A stretch of DNA of 64,000 nucleotides from Eledone cirrhosa. Lineage: Eukaryota. The translations under genes and the position numbers were made by a program. The stretch is from the NCBI GenBank assembly GCA_964016885.1, contig OZ024743.1:241490001-241554000 (forward strand). Reading direction: 5' to 3'. Below, one piece after another: positions 63,356-64,000 of this stretch. Each line of letters begins with the position of its first letter. Positions within the stretch are counted from its first letter, which is position 1. The notes below the pieces were generated by a model. The model did not search any database. It saw nothing but the letters and a program-made list of their open reading frames with translations, and was not told where the DNA came from.

Positions 63356-64000
63356 CAATTAATTTCCATTTTATGCATGTGCGTACGTATTTATGTATGG
63401 ATGAGTGGATGAATGATGAATGTACGAATGTGTATGCATGTGAATGTGTATAAGTATTTGTGTGATTGTATGTATGTAAGGAGAATATATAACATTATTA
63501 TCCTGTATTGAATCAGCACAACACAGTGTTCTATTTGGCATATATTCAATTCTTATATCTCTCTATTTATAATCTCAGGTCTTTCAATATGTTGCTGGTG
63601 TATATAAAGTGACTTCCAGAAAATTGTCAGTATTTATTCTCATTACTTTGGGGAATGGAAAAACAGGGAATGACGTTTTCAACCCAGAAACACTTTCCAG
63701 TCGTATGCAGAGATATTAAACTTACAAACTAACGGCTTGTAGTAACCCACTCAGCCAGTTAGTTTAGTATGTTAGCCAGTGTAGGAGGATCAGTTTGCAT
63801 GGTCTAGTGGCTTTGAAGGCTTTCTCAGATTGATCAGATTAATGCAGCTAGTATTCAGCTTCAGCTTCTGGAGCATATATGGTGTTATTTATATTTACAT
63901 TGTTATTGCTGTCGTTTTAATTGAGAGTCACCGATACATAATAATAATAACACATGCAGATAACAACACACCCGATATGGTGATATTATATACATACAGC

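Overview
Repeat-saturated eukaryotic DNA with no recognisable host gene. The SINE types and dense TA/CA/TATG/ATT/AGT microsatellites suggest a cephalopod, probably octopus (inference). (1) A 14-kb retrotransposon cluster (28.8-42.6 kb) sits inside one (ATT/TAA)n microsatellite. It has two 5'-truncated R4/Dong-like RLE LINEs on the - strand and two full-length Tx1-clade LINEs in tandem on the + strand, with near-identical ORF2s but strongly diverged ORF1s and 5'UTRs. (2) There are three Penelope-like (PLE) coding remnants and several non-coding, fold-back, (TA)n-flanked elements carrying minimal type I hammerhead ribozyme folds. These include a ~570-bp tandem unit and a ~446-bp unit present in two circular permutations (retrozyme-like). 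(3) Large C/A-rich tandem arrays: a 65-bp satellite, a 21-33-bp triplet-derived array and a ~57-63-bp array with higher-order duplications. (4) tRNA-derived SINEs, RTE remnants, a hAT MITE and a fossil hAT transposase. Ribozyme, splicing and circRNA calls are by-eye structural inferences and are untested.
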